Shown: positions 40,240 through 49,378 of the stretch, piece by piece
How positions within the stretch are numbered: the stretch's first letter is position 1
How the letters are laid out: every line of letters begins with the position of its first letter
From: Thermoplasmata archaeon
GTDB lineage: Archaea; Thermoplasmatota; Thermoplasmata; RBG-16-68-12
Length of the DNA: 64,000 bases
Direction: 5' to 3'
Assembly: GCA_035283985.1 (NCBI GenBank)
Contig: DATESQ010000018.1
Span: 344 to 64,343 of the forward strand
The notes under the pieces: generated by a model
What the model was told of the DNA's origin: nothing
Seen by the model: the letters and a program-made list of their open reading frames with translations, nothing else
Database searches by the model: none
Made by a program: the position numbers and the translations under genes

Positions 40240-40363
40240 GGGGTCCGACCGAGGAGGACTCGATGAGTCCCTTGGTTTAAGGATTTGCGCCTGAGAATCG
40301 CGGACGTGCAAATGATTGTGAGAATTGTAGGCAAAGACTCAAGACGGAAACGAATTGCCCCGA

Positions 40364-40530
40364 TAGCGGGGGATGGAGTCTCCGGGGAGGAGGGCGTTCC
40401 TCCGACCCATTTGAACCATCGATCTCCGGGTTTCGCACCCTAGGATCTGGGGATCCTGGGCTATGAGCCCGACGGGATTTTAGGCCGCAGGGCCTGATGA
40501 CCCCGGGTCTCCTAGCTACCCCACCCCGCT
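40364..40530 (-). tRNA. Initiator tRNA-Met(CAT) with three introns: 20a/21 (40479-40508), 37/38 (40432-40461), 59/60 (40378-40409)
   Basis: Removing three BHB-flanked hairpins gives a 75-nt cloverleaf AGCGGGGTGGGGTAGCTAGGAGATCCCGTCGGGCTCATAACCCGGAGATCGATGGTTCAAATCCATCCCCCGCTA with A1-U72 and three G-C pairs closing the anticodon stem. Confidence 0.92.
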
Positions 40531-40593
40531 ATCTTGTATCGGGGACGGGGCTCGCCAACTGGCCCGCGAAGATAAACCTATCGAGACACGTGC

Positions 40594-40923
40594 TCAGAAG
40601 AATTTTCGAAACCGCACGAGGTCCTCGAGGTCGCCCTTCACCTTCAAGCGGCCCGTCGCAAACGCCTTCATCGGGCCGATCTCGCGCGCGATGAGGCCTC
40701 GGATCGTGTCCGAATCCGCGATAATCGTGATGTCTGGGTTGTTGACGGTCCCGTCGAGAAGGCCCTCGACGTGCGCGTCCTTCAACGTGAAGTGGTACGT
40801 CGTACCGTCTTTGAGATCGACGACGACCGTCCGTTCGATTCCCTCGAGTTCCGCGTGGAGCTTTGCGTCCTCGCGAACCCGCTCGTTGAACTTTGCGATG
40901 AGGCCCTCGAGCTCGCCCCTCAC
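40594..40923 (-). CDS. SCP2 sterol-carrier-domain protein
   Basis: PDITI, PMKAF.TG.LKVKGD; GTG overlaps the rnhB stop. Confidence 0.85.
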   Translation of the reverse strand: MRGELEGLIAKFNERVREDAKLHAELEGIERTVVVDLKDGTTYHFTLKDAHVEGLLDGTVNNPDITIIADSDTIRGLIAREIGPMKAFATGRLKVKGDLEDLVRFRKFF

Positions 40924-41576
40924 GGCTTCCCGCCCCCGAATTCCTCGAGCTTCCGCGTGGCTGCCGCGGACAGGAGGCGCTTCGCGGTGTCCCACGAAGC
41001 GCGCGCGTGCGGGGGGAGCGTGCCCTTCTCCCGGATCCACGTCTCGAGGAACTTGATTGTCTCGGGGTCGTGCGAGTACCCGCTCCCGATCTTCTCGCCG
41101 AGCTCCGCCTCGATCTTCCGCATCTCTGCGTCGCGGGTGACCTTCGCGAGGATCGAAGCCGCTGACACGACGGGGAACAGGTCGTCCGCGCCGTGCTTCG
41201 AAACGATCTCGACGTCGAACGACAGCAGTTTCGTGATCGTCCGGCGGAACTCGAATTCGTCGACGTCCGCGGAGTCGACGTACGCGATCTCGGGACGCAG
41301 CTTCTCGATGATGCCTGCGAACAGCCTCGCCTCGAAGACGTTCAGGCTCATCTCCGCCCGCATCGTGTCGATGTTCTCCGCAGGAACCACGATGATTTCG
41401 CATTGGGTGAGCTTCCGGATCTCAGGGGCGAGCGCCTCCCGACGCTCCGGCGGCAGTTTCTTCGAGTCCCGCACGTTCAGCTTCCGGAGCAGGGCGTCCG
41501 ATTCGATCGCGACTCCCGCGACGACCAAGGGACCGATGACGGGGCCCCTCCCCGCCTCGTCGACCCCGCAGATCAT
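40920..41576 (-). CDS. rnhB: Ribonuclease HII
   Basis: GVDEAGRGPVIGP, DSKKL, VSAASILAKV.RD, GSGY..DP.T. Confidence 0.96.
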   Translation of the reverse strand: MICGVDEAGRGPVIGPLVVAGVAIESDALLRKLNVRDSKKLPPERREALAPEIRKLTQCEIIVVPAENIDTMRAEMSLNVFEARLFAGIIEKLRPEIAYVDSADVDEFEFRRTITKLLSFDVEIVSKHGADDLFPVVSAASILAKVTRDAEMRKIEAELGEKIGSGYSHDPETIKFLETWIREKGTLPPHARASWDTAKRLLSAAATRKLEEFGGGKP

Positions 41577-42865
41577 CCCGTCACCCCGTAGAGCTCGCGG
41601 GCGATCTCCTGGACGCGATCGATGACCATCGTTTCATCCACGGTTCTCACGGACCCGCCGTCCACGACAACCTTACCGTCCACGATCGTGGACCGGACAT
41701 CGCTCCCCCGACATGCGTAGACGACATGGCGGATGATGTTATCTCGATTAAAAGGCGTCGTATGCGGCCGGCGGAGGTCGACGACCGCGAGGTCCGCCGC
41801 TTTTCCGACCTCGATCGAGCCCAATCGGTCCGCGACGCCCAGGGCCCGCGCGCCCTCAATCGTCGCGAGGTCGAGAGCGGTCTGCGCAGGGAGGACGGAC
41901 GCGTCCCACCTCGTGGACTTGTGGAGGAGCGCGCACAGCTTCATCTCCTGGAACATATCCATCCCGTTGTTGCTGATCGGGCTGTCCGTCCCCAGGGACG
42001 CCACGACGCCCGCGTCGAACATCTCCGGAAGAGGCGTGACGCCCCCGGAGGCGAGCTTCATGTTTGAAGTCGGGCAGTGGGCGACCTTCGCGCCGTAGCG
42101 GGCGAGGATGCGGACCTCGTTAAGCGTGACCCAGACGCAGTGCGCCGCGACAAGCCGATCCGAAAGGAATCCAATCTTCTCGAGCCACTCCACGGGTCGC
42201 AACCCCGTTTTCTTGCGGTGGTTGTACACCTCGGCCCGTGTCTCGCTGAGGTGCGTGTGCATCCCCACGCCGTTCCGGTCTGCGACTTCCTTCGCGCGCG
42301 CGTACGTTTCCTCGGAGCACACGTAGACGCCCTGGAGGCCGACGGACGGCGTCACAAGGCCGTCGCCCTTTGCTTTCCGGACGAACTGCTCAGCGTTCGC
42401 GACGGGGCTCCCCCGTTGCGTGGTGAAGGCCTCGTCGAGGACGACCCACGAGAGGAAGGCGCGAATCCCGGACTCCCGCGCGGCGCGGGCAACCTCGTCC
42501 TCCCAGTAGAAGAGGTCGTGGAACGACGTCGTGCCGGACTTCAGCATCTCGATGGATCCGAGGAGGGCCGCCATCTGGACGTCCCGCCGGGTGAGCTGGG
42601 CGTCGATCGCGAATGCGCGTTCGAGCATCGCCTCCAGCGGGACGTCGTCCGCCGCCCCTCGCAGCAGCGTGTTCGCCACGTGGGTGTGGGTATTGATCAA
42701 CCCCGGCAGGACCGCGCAGTTCGAACAGTCGAGGACCTTGTCCGCAGAGTCCCGCACCTCGCCGACCTCCGCGATTCGGCCGTTTACTACCAGGACATCC
42801 CCGCGGAGGACATCGCGGCCGGCGTTCTGCGTGACGAGATAGCCGTCGCGAAGAAGGAGGGACAT
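41573..42865 (-). CDS. Amidohydrolase (MTA/SAH or 5'-deoxyadenosine deaminase-like)
   Basis: PGLINTHTH, HTHLSET, AHCV, HCP.SNMKLASG, LGTD. Confidence 0.88.
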   Translation of the reverse strand: MSLLLRDGYLVTQNAGRDVLRGDVLVVNGRIAEVGEVRDSADKVLDCSNCAVLPGLINTHTHVANTLLRGAADDVPLEAMLERAFAIDAQLTRRDVQMAALLGSIEMLKSGTTSFHDLFYWEDEVARAARESGIRAFLSWVVLDEAFTTQRGSPVANAEQFVRKAKGDGLVTPSVGLQGVYVCSEETYARAKEVADRNGVGMHTHLSETRAEVYNHRKKTGLRPVEWLEKIGFLSDRLVAAHCVWVTLNEVRILARYGAKVAHCPTSNMKLASGGVTPLPEMFDAGVVASLGTDSPISNNGMDMFQEMKLCALLHKSTRWDASVLPAQTALDLATIEGARALGVADRLGSIEVGKAADLAVVDLRRPHTTPFNRDNIIRHVVYACRGSDVRSTIVDGKVVVDGGSVRTVDETMVIDRVQEIARELYGVTG

Positions 42866-42943
42866 CGCGGCCCGGCCCAACAGGGCCTCGGGGAAAAGGA
42901 TTGCGGGCAGAGGCTTTGCCCCCCCTTCGCGTTGCGGGTGCGG

Positions 42944-43849
42944 ATGGACCTGATCCGCGACCTCACGGACCTTGTTGGCCAGATTCCACGAGGACGCTTG
43001 ACGACGTTCCACGATCTCGCATCGGCACTTGGAGACCCCGACGCAGCGCTCGCGGTATTCCGCATCCTGCGAGAGACCCCGATGGCGGGAGCCCATCGCG
43101 TCGTCCGGACGTCGGGAGAGATTCCGAAGCCGAGCAATGGTGCGAAGCTTCGCGGCGAGGGAATCCGCGTGTCGCGCGGTTTCGTTTCACAGCCCGAGGC
43201 GGTCTCCTTCCGGGCCTTTCGGAGTGGGCAACCCCTTGCCAGGCTACGCGACGAGCAGCGGCGGCTCGCCAAGCGGGTCCGCGAGGCGGACGACTTCGAA
43301 TCCGCCGAATATGTCGCAGGATTCGATCTCGCGTACGCGGGGGACCGAGCGACCGCCGCGGCCGTCGTCGTGCGACGGTCTCGCGGCGGGGTAGTGCAGA
43401 CCGCCCGCGCAATCGTTCCCGTTTCGTTTCCCTATATTCCAGGATATCTGGCGTACAGGGAATTCCCTGGCATCGAGCGGTGCTACGACTTGCTCGACCC
43501 GAAGCCCGACGTCCTCATGATCGATGGCCACGGGACGCTTCACCCCGCCCGCTTCGGTATCGCATGCTATGTCGGCCTCTCGCTGGACCGCCCCACGATC
43601 GGCGTTGCAAAGAACCTACTCGTAGGCGACGCCGGACCTGCGCCACGACATCCGGGCGGTGTTACGGAGATCCGCGTCGATGGGGAACTCCGCGGCTTTG
43701 GTCTCCGGACCTCTCGCTCTCGCCGACTGCGCTACGTTTCCGTGGGACACAGGATTTCTCTCGCGACTGCCGTCAAACTCACGAAGACGATGTGCAGGAC
43801 GAGGATGTCAGATCCACTCGGGCAGGCGCACTCACTGGCGAAAATATGA
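42944..43849 (+). CDS. Alkyltransferase-like domain fused to endonuclease V
   Basis: N-terminal QIPRG..TTF..LA..LG...GAHRVV; EndoV GFD.AY, FPYIPG.LA.RE, DG.G..HP, IGVAK, Y.SVGH. Confidence 0.9.
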   Translation: MDLIRDLTDLVGQIPRGRLTTFHDLASALGDPDAALAVFRILRETPMAGAHRVVRTSGEIPKPSNGAKLRGEGIRVSRGFVSQPEAVSFRAFRSGQPLARLRDEQRRLAKRVREADDFESAEYVAGFDLAYAGDRATAAAVVVRRSRGGVVQTARAIVPVSFPYIPGYLAYREFPGIERCYDLLDPKPDVLMIDGHGTLHPARFGIACYVGLSLDRPTIGVAKNLLVGDAGPAPRHPGGVTEIRVDGELRGFGLRTSRSRRLRYVSVGHRISLATAVKLTKTMCRTRMSDPLGQAHSLAKI

Positions 43850-43918
43850 AAAGGAGAGAAGAAAAAGCGCAAAGATGGTTGGGCACGTCGAAGCGTTGCT
43901 TCATCCCAAAAAAAGACC

Positions 43919-43963
43919 CTAGCGCTTCTTCTTCTTGCCCTTCTTCTTTTTGATTTCCCACAC
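43919..43963 (-). CDS. Putative 14-aa lysine-rich micropeptide MWEIKKKKGKKKKR
   Basis: TATATTTAAG box, AGGAGGAG SD, GTG start, TAG stop, then T7 tract and hairpin. Confidence 0.5.
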   Translation of the reverse strand: MWEIKKKKGKKKKR

Positions 43964-44134
43964 GGAAGGTTGCTCCTCCTATGAGAGTGTATGGGACTTC
44001 GAATCTTAAATATATCGAGGCGCGCATTTTTCGCGAAATATAATAATTCACGGATGCAACTTGCAGGTACCCGCGCAATCAACTCGTGCAAATGGTGACG
44101 CAAGTCTCAAGAAATTCGCGGTCTATCACCGGTC

Positions 44135-45046
44135 GTGGACATTCTCGTCTTCGGTGCTGGCGCGATGGGCAGTTTCTTCGGAGGAATTCTCTCCCGGAGA
44201 AACCACGTCACACTCATTTGTCGACAGGAACACGCGAGCGCGATTCGCAAGTCAGGACTCCGTATCGGAGGGAAGACATCTCTGATCGCATATCCCGCGG
44301 TTGCGACGGCCGCAGCGCGCATTCGCCGCGCAGACCTTATCCTCATTTCAACGAAAGCATACGACACGGAAGTTGCGGCTCGCACATTGCGCCGATTCGG
44401 AACGAAGCCGATTTGGCTCACGCTGCAGAACGGACTCGAAAACGCGAGTGTCCTCGCTCGCACGGCAATGAAGGTCGTCGCGGGCATCACGAGCCACGGC
44501 GTGACCCTCGGGCGGCCGGGCGAAGTCCGCCATGCGGGAGTCGGCGACACAGTGATCGGCGGATTCTCGGGCGTCGACGAGAACGACGTCGTCCGCGTCC
44601 GCGACGTGTTCGAGGAGAGCGGAATCCACACGACGATTTCGCCGAACATCCGCCGCGACTTGTGGTTGAAGGTCATCGTGAACGCGGGGATTAACCCCCT
44701 CGCCGCGCTCACCGGGCTCCGAAACGGGCAGCTCGTCGTCGTCCCCCCGCTCCGCGAGGCGATGACGGAACTCTGCGCAGAGGCTGCCGCGGTCGCCCGC
44801 GCGGAGGGGTTTGAACTTTCGAACCGCGAGGCGATTAACCTGACGGTCCGGGTCGCGCGGAGGACCCGCGAGAACAAGGCGAGCATGCTCCAGGACATCG
44901 AACGCCACCGGCGGACGGAGATCGACGCGATCACGGGTGCGATCCTCCGGGCCGCGGACCGCCATGGCCTCAAGGTCCCCACGAACCGCCTCGCGTACGC
45001 CCTCGTCCATGGGCTCGAGCGGCCGTATCGCCCCCCGACATCGTAG
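44135..45046 (+). CDS. panE: 2-dehydropantoate 2-reductase
   Basis: GAGAMG, KAYD, QNG, W.K..VN..INP, SMLQD, TEIDAI.G. Confidence 0.92.
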   Translation: MDILVFGAGAMGSFFGGILSRRNHVTLICRQEHASAIRKSGLRIGGKTSLIAYPAVATAAARIRRADLILISTKAYDTEVAARTLRRFGTKPIWLTLQNGLENASVLARTAMKVVAGITSHGVTLGRPGEVRHAGVGDTVIGGFSGVDENDVVRVRDVFEESGIHTTISPNIRRDLWLKVIVNAGINPLAALTGLRNGQLVVVPPLREAMTELCAEAAAVARAEGFELSNREAINLTVRVARRTRENKASMLQDIERHRRTEIDAITGAILRAADRHGLKVPTNRLAYALVHGLERPYRPPTS

Positions 45047-45082
45047 GAATCTCCCTTGAAATCCCTCAGGGCGGGGCGATAC

Positions 45083-45104
45083 GTATTTAAATGGGTATTT
45101 AAAT
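45083..45104 (+). promoter_or_regulatory. Tandem GTATTTAAAT TATA-like boxes upstream of tbp
   Basis: 10-bp direct repeat at 45083-45092 and 45095-45104. Confidence 0.55.
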
Positions 45105-45163
45105 CGGGAAAGTCCACGGGGGCGGAGCGAGCATTCCTCGTCCAGCTCTAGGGGTCGTTGTCT

Positions 45164-45712
45164 ATGGCGAAAATCAAGATCGAGAACGTGGTCGCGTCGA
45201 CGTCTCTTGGCGGCGAACTCGACCTCCAGGCGATCGCGCTCGCCCTCGGCGGCGCGGAGTACGAGCCCGAGCAGTTCCCGGGCCTCATCTACCGGCTCAA
45301 GGAGCCGAAGACCGCGACCCTCCTGTTCCGCAGCGGCAAGGTCGTGTGCACGGGTGCGAAGAGCCTCGATCACGTGAAGACTGCTATCGACACCGTCGCG
45401 AAGCAAATCGAGGCAGCAGGAATCCCGATCAAGAAGGATCCCGTAATCGAGGTGCAGAACATCGTCGCTTCGAGCGACCTCGGGACGGAAATCAATCTCA
45501 ACGCGATCGCGATCTCCCTCGGCCTGGAGAAGGTCGAATACGAGCCTGAGCAGTTCCCGGGACTCGTGTATCGGATCGACGAGCCGAAGGTCGTCGTCCT
45601 CCTGTTTGGCAGCGGGAAGCTCGTGTGTACCGGGGCCCGGAAGCCTCAGGACGTTGAGCAGGCGGTCGAGAAAATCACGTTGGAGCTTAGAGCCGCGGGC
45701 CTCCTGCGCTGA
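45164..45712 (+). CDS. tbp: TATA-box binding protein
   Basis: Two repeats of NVVAS/NIVAS, YEPEQFPGL.YR, F.SGK.VCTGA. Confidence 0.98.
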   Translation: MAKIKIENVVASTSLGGELDLQAIALALGGAEYEPEQFPGLIYRLKEPKTATLLFRSGKVVCTGAKSLDHVKTAIDTVAKQIEAAGIPIKKDPVIEVQNIVASSDLGTEINLNAIAISLGLEKVEYEPEQFPGLVYRIDEPKVVVLLFGSGKLVCTGARKPQDVEQAVEKITLELRAAGLLR

Positions 45713-45735
45713 CCGGCGTCCGCTTCCCGGGATCG

Positions 45736-46569
45736 ATGGCGATCTTCGACAACCATTTTCACCTGCGGCCGTCCGGGCTGGGAGTCGCGGCCGCGTCGCA
45801 GTTCGAGAAGGCGGGCGGGACCGCCCTGATGCTGACCCACTCGCCGTACGACGACATCCCAATCCGCACCCCGGACGATTACGCTCAGGCATTTGACCGG
45901 ACGCTCTCCCTCGCGGACGCGGTCCGGCGGGAGACGCGGCTCCAGGTGTTCGTCGCCCTCGGTCCCTATCCGATCGACCTCCTCCCGCTCCAAGCGTCGA
46001 CCGGTCTCGCCGCCGCCACCGAGGTCCTTCGCGGCGGGATAGAGATCGCCGCCCGCCATGTCGCGGACGGCATGGCGGTCGCCCTCGGGGAGGTCGGCCG
46101 ACCCCACTTTCCCGTTGATGAGGAGGTCTGGCGCGCCTCGAACACAATCCTCGCGTACGCGATGGAGACCGCGCGCGACCTCGGCTGCCCGGTCGTCCTC
46201 CACACAGAGGACCCGAGCGCAGACACGTTTCGCGAGTTCGCCGCGATGGCGGACCGGGCGGGCCTTCGCCGGGAGAAGGTCGTGAAGCACCACTCTACGG
46301 TGCTCGACGCCCATGACGCGTACGACGGGATCGTCCCCAGCGTACTCGCGAAGGAGGACCTGATCGAGCGCGCGGTCCGGGCGGGCGGTTTCTTTCTCCT
46401 CGAGACGGACTACATCGATGACCCGCGACGCCCGGGCGCGGTCCTCGGTCCCGCGACGGTTCCCCGGAAGACCCGGGCGCTTCTCGAGCGCGGCGTGCTC
46501 ACGGAGGACCTCGTAGCTCAGATCCACGGGGAGATTCCCGAACGGACGTACGGCATCAACCTCAGGTAG
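45736..46569 (+). CDS. TatD-related metal-dependent hydrolase (archaeal type)
   Basis: DNHFH, GEVGRPH, LHTE, ETDYIDDP.RPGAVLGP.TVP. Confidence 0.88.
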   Translation: MAIFDNHFHLRPSGLGVAAASQFEKAGGTALMLTHSPYDDIPIRTPDDYAQAFDRTLSLADAVRRETRLQVFVALGPYPIDLLPLQASTGLAAATEVLRGGIEIAARHVADGMAVALGEVGRPHFPVDEEVWRASNTILAYAMETARDLGCPVVLHTEDPSADTFREFAAMADRAGLRREKVVKHHSTVLDAHDAYDGIVPSVLAKEDLIERAVRAGGFFLLETDYIDDPRRPGAVLGPATVPRKTRALLERGVLTEDLVAQIHGEIPERTYGINLR

Positions 46570-46581
46570 TCCGTCCCACGG

Positions 46582-46857
46582 TCAGTGCCGGACTCCGAAC
46601 TCCTTGAACTCCTCAGTGGGCGTCTCCCATCTCACGTCCGCATGCTTCACACGGGCCTGCGGCTGGTGGGACGCATTCCACTCGATCGCGTCCTCAATCA
46701 CGTGCCGCTCGCCCTCGAAGACGGCCTCGACGGTTCCGTCCCGAAGGTTCCGCACGTATCCGCGGAGGCCGAGCTCCGTCGCCTTCTGCTGGCAGTGGGC
46801 CCGGAAGTACACGCCCTGGACGAGTCCGCGAAAGATGACCCGAGCCCGTGCGATCAT
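46582..46857 (-). CDS. acyP: Acylphosphatase
   Basis: G.VQGV.FR, GYVRN..DG.VE...EG. Confidence 0.93.
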   Translation of the reverse strand: MIARARVIFRGLVQGVYFRAHCQQKATELGLRGYVRNLRDGTVEAVFEGERHVIEDAIEWNASHQPQARVKHADVRWETPTEEFKEFGVRH

Positions 46858-46956
46858 CGCCGGTCAAGATGACCGCAAACAACGTTCAAATAGGATTGGG
46901 ACCTTGCACACGGTCCCCCACGAACCGGGTGCTCCCCCATGCGACGCTCCAAGCTC

Positions 46957-48084
46957 ATGGATCTCCGGGTCCGGGACGTGATGTCTCGCAATCCGGTGAC
47001 GGCGGCGCCGGACGACGCCTTGGGCGACGTTCTCGGCAAGATGAAGCAGTATGACATCCACGAGGTCCCGGTCGTCCGCGGGAAGGAGGTCGTGGGAATC
47101 GTCACGATGGCGGGGGTCATGCGCCGAAAGGCGATCCCGCCGTCCACGAACGCAATCACGATCGCCCAGAGCTGCCCGCAGGTGTCGCCGGAGGAGGACC
47201 TCCCGACCGTTGCGGAGCGGTTGCTGACAGGCGGCTTCCGCGGGCTCCCGGTGATGGAGAAACGGCGGCTCGTTGGGATCGTGAGCCAGACGGACCTCGT
47301 CCGCGCGATTGCGGATCTGGACGAGTTCTCGGACGTCGTCGTTTCGACCGTGTCGACTCCGCACCCGCAAACCGTCCGCGAGAACGATTCCGTGGAGGTC
47401 GCGATCCGGCTCATGCAGAGCCTCGGGGAGCGGACAGTGCCCGTCACGGATGCGAACGGGAGGCTCGTCGGCGTCGTTGGCCACAAGGATGTCGCGGCTC
47501 TGTTCGCGCGGCCGAAGACGAAGGCGCGGTCCGGGGAGGCGGCAGGGGAGAGGGAGCGTCTCGCCCTCGAGGTAAAGGGGCTCATGCGGTACCCCGTGGT
47601 GACCGTCGGCCCCGGGGCGACCGTGGACCACGTCGCGGACCTGATGCTCAAGCACGACATCTCGAGCCTCGTCGTCGCGGAGAAGGACCAGCCGGCGGGA
47701 ATCGTTACGAAGCTCGACCTTGTCGAGCTCGTCGCGGGTCTCAAAGAGCGGGAAGAGCTCCTCGTCCAGATCAGCGGGCTCGAGGAACGACCCGAAGTCT
47801 ACGACAGCCTCTACGGCGTCATCCGGAAGGCGATGATGAAGATCGCCCATATCGTCACGCCGCGGACCCTCACAATCCACGTCCAGACGTACAAGGCGGA
47901 AGGGGACCGTTTCAAGTCCTCCCTCCGGGCCCGCTTCGCGACCTCGCACAAGATGTACTACCTGACCCACTTCGATTGGGACCTCCACAAGGCGATGCAG
48001 GGTCTGATGGACATCCTCGAGAAGCAGATCCTGAAGGAGAAGGAGCGGCGGGTCACGGAACGGAAGCGACATCACGGCGCGTAA
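46957..48084 (+). CDS. Four-CBS-domain protein with C-terminal HPF-like domain (Hib-like ribosome hibernation factor)
   Basis: Four CBS repeats, then an HPF/RaiA-like domain (VQISGL...WDL..A......LEKQI.K). Confidence 0.8.
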   Translation: MDLRVRDVMSRNPVTAAPDDALGDVLGKMKQYDIHEVPVVRGKEVVGIVTMAGVMRRKAIPPSTNAITIAQSCPQVSPEEDLPTVAERLLTGGFRGLPVMEKRRLVGIVSQTDLVRAIADLDEFSDVVVSTVSTPHPQTVRENDSVEVAIRLMQSLGERTVPVTDANGRLVGVVGHKDVAALFARPKTKARSGEAAGERERLALEVKGLMRYPVVTVGPGATVDHVADLMLKHDISSLVVAEKDQPAGIVTKLDLVELVAGLKEREELLVQISGLEERPEVYDSLYGVIRKAMMKIAHIVTPRTLTIHVQTYKAEGDRFKSSLRARFATSHKMYYLTHFDWDLHKAMQGLMDILEKQILKEKERRVTERKRHHGA

Positions 48085-48103
48085 CCGCCCGAGGCGGAAC
48101 CGT

Positions 48104-48718
48104 TCATAGGGTGTGCACGTCGCGAAGGATCAGGGACCGGTCCGTGTCCGCGAAGACGCGAGGGTCAAGCGGGAGGAGCAGGCGTGCCTTGTGGTCGGCC
48201 CCGACTTTCACGAGTTTCTGAACGAACCGGATGACCTGACCGCGGTCTGTTTGGATGATAAGGTAATCGAGCCCGTCAAGGAGGACGATGCTGTCCTCCT
48301 TCCCACTGACGAACCGCTCGATTTCGTGCGCGAGGGCCTCGAGGTTCGTGGGATTCACGGCAGCCTCGCCGAAGCTCCGGCTGAGCCAGAGGATCGTCGC
48401 CGAATCGAGACGATACCGGCGACGGACGTCCTCGGGATACAGGCGCGTGAGGACGAGGCCCTTCGCACCGCGGCCTACTTCGTCCGCGAAAATCTGGAAC
48501 GCGCGGTCCGGTCCTTCGTTGGAAATCACGTATACGGTCCCGGGCTCCAAGGCGGGCTGTCCGGTTCTTCGCCGCCGGCCCGCAATCCGAGCCTTCTTTC
48601 GCCAGCGGAAAATGGGGAACGAGAGGACGACAATCGCGAGGATCACAACGAGGAGCAAGAGGAGGAGGATGTCGGGGCCGGCGTCTGCCTCACTCGCACC
48701 GGCGATCGCCATTTCCAT
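48104..48718 (-). CDS. Membrane-anchored DUF835 protein (degenerate KaiC-like domain)
   Basis: TM, then GL.LTR.YP, ILWLS, PTNL, VLLDGLDYL. Confidence 0.85.
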   Translation of the reverse strand: MEMAIAGASEADAGPDILLLLLLVVILAIVVLSFPIFRWRKKARIAGRRRRTGQPALEPGTVYVISNEGPDRAFQIFADEVGRGAKGLVLTRLYPEDVRRRYRLDSATILWLSRSFGEAAVNPTNLEALAHEIERFVSGKEDSIVLLDGLDYLIIQTDRGQVIRFVQKLVKVGADHKARLLLPLDPRVFADTDRSLILRDVHTL

Positions 48719-48834
48719 CGGGTTGGGAAGTTCATCGATGCTCCACATAATAGCCGCGGTCCAATTCCAAAATCTGAAAACCGTGGCGGCGCGCGGGAGT
48801 AGGTCTATATGGCGCCCGGGGTTCGCGTCCCGCC

Positions 48835-49368
48835 ATGCAGCGGGAACCGCTCCGCGGTGAGCATATCATCCTCCGGCCCCTCGAGCGCGAGCACCTCGCC
48901 CGCTGTGTGAAGTGGTTCAACGACTCCGACGTCACGTACTTCCTGGGCCGCGAGGGACCCCTCACAATGGACGAGGAGGAGAGGTGGTTCAACGAGTACC
49001 GCCAAAAGATAGACGAGGAGATCTACGCGCTCCACGTCGACGACGTTCATGTCGGGAACGTAGGGCTCCATCGGATCGATCGGATGAACCGCAAGGCGGA
49101 CGTCGGGATCGTAATCGGGGAGCGGAACTACTGGTCAAAGGGATACGGCACGGACGCGATGCGGACGATCCTCCGGTACGCGTTCGACCGCCTCCGGCTC
49201 CACAAGGTCTCACTCGACGTGCTCGAGTACAATACGCGCGCCCTCCGGTCCTACGAGAAGTGTGGGTTCGTCCACGAGGGGGTGCGGCGGGACGAGCTCC
49301 TCAAGGGGAAACGCTTCGTGAACCTCGTCCGGATGTCCCTCCTCGAGAGCGAGTTCCGTCGCCGGTGA
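48835..49368 (+). CDS. RimJ/RimL-family GNAT acetyltransferase
   Basis: YWSKGYGT, LHKV.L.V...N.RA...YEK.GF..EG..R. Confidence 0.9.
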   Translation: MQREPLRGEHIILRPLEREHLARCVKWFNDSDVTYFLGREGPLTMDEEERWFNEYRQKIDEEIYALHVDDVHVGNVGLHRIDRMNRKADVGIVIGERNYWSKGYGTDAMRTILRYAFDRLRLHKVSLDVLEYNTRALRSYEKCGFVHEGVRRDELLKGKRFVNLVRMSLLESEFRRR

Positions 49369-49378
49369 CACGGCGGGC

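Noticed and set aside
40355..40546. Leader/trailer complementarity (CCCCGATA with TATCGGGG) around tRNA-iMet, suggesting a terminal BHB or permuted tRNA
   Set aside because: It extends the acceptor stem but lacks two opposed 3-nt bulges; the gene order is not permuted
45170..45640. Internal nucleotide repeat within tbp
   Set aside because: Explained by the normal two-repeat structure of TBP
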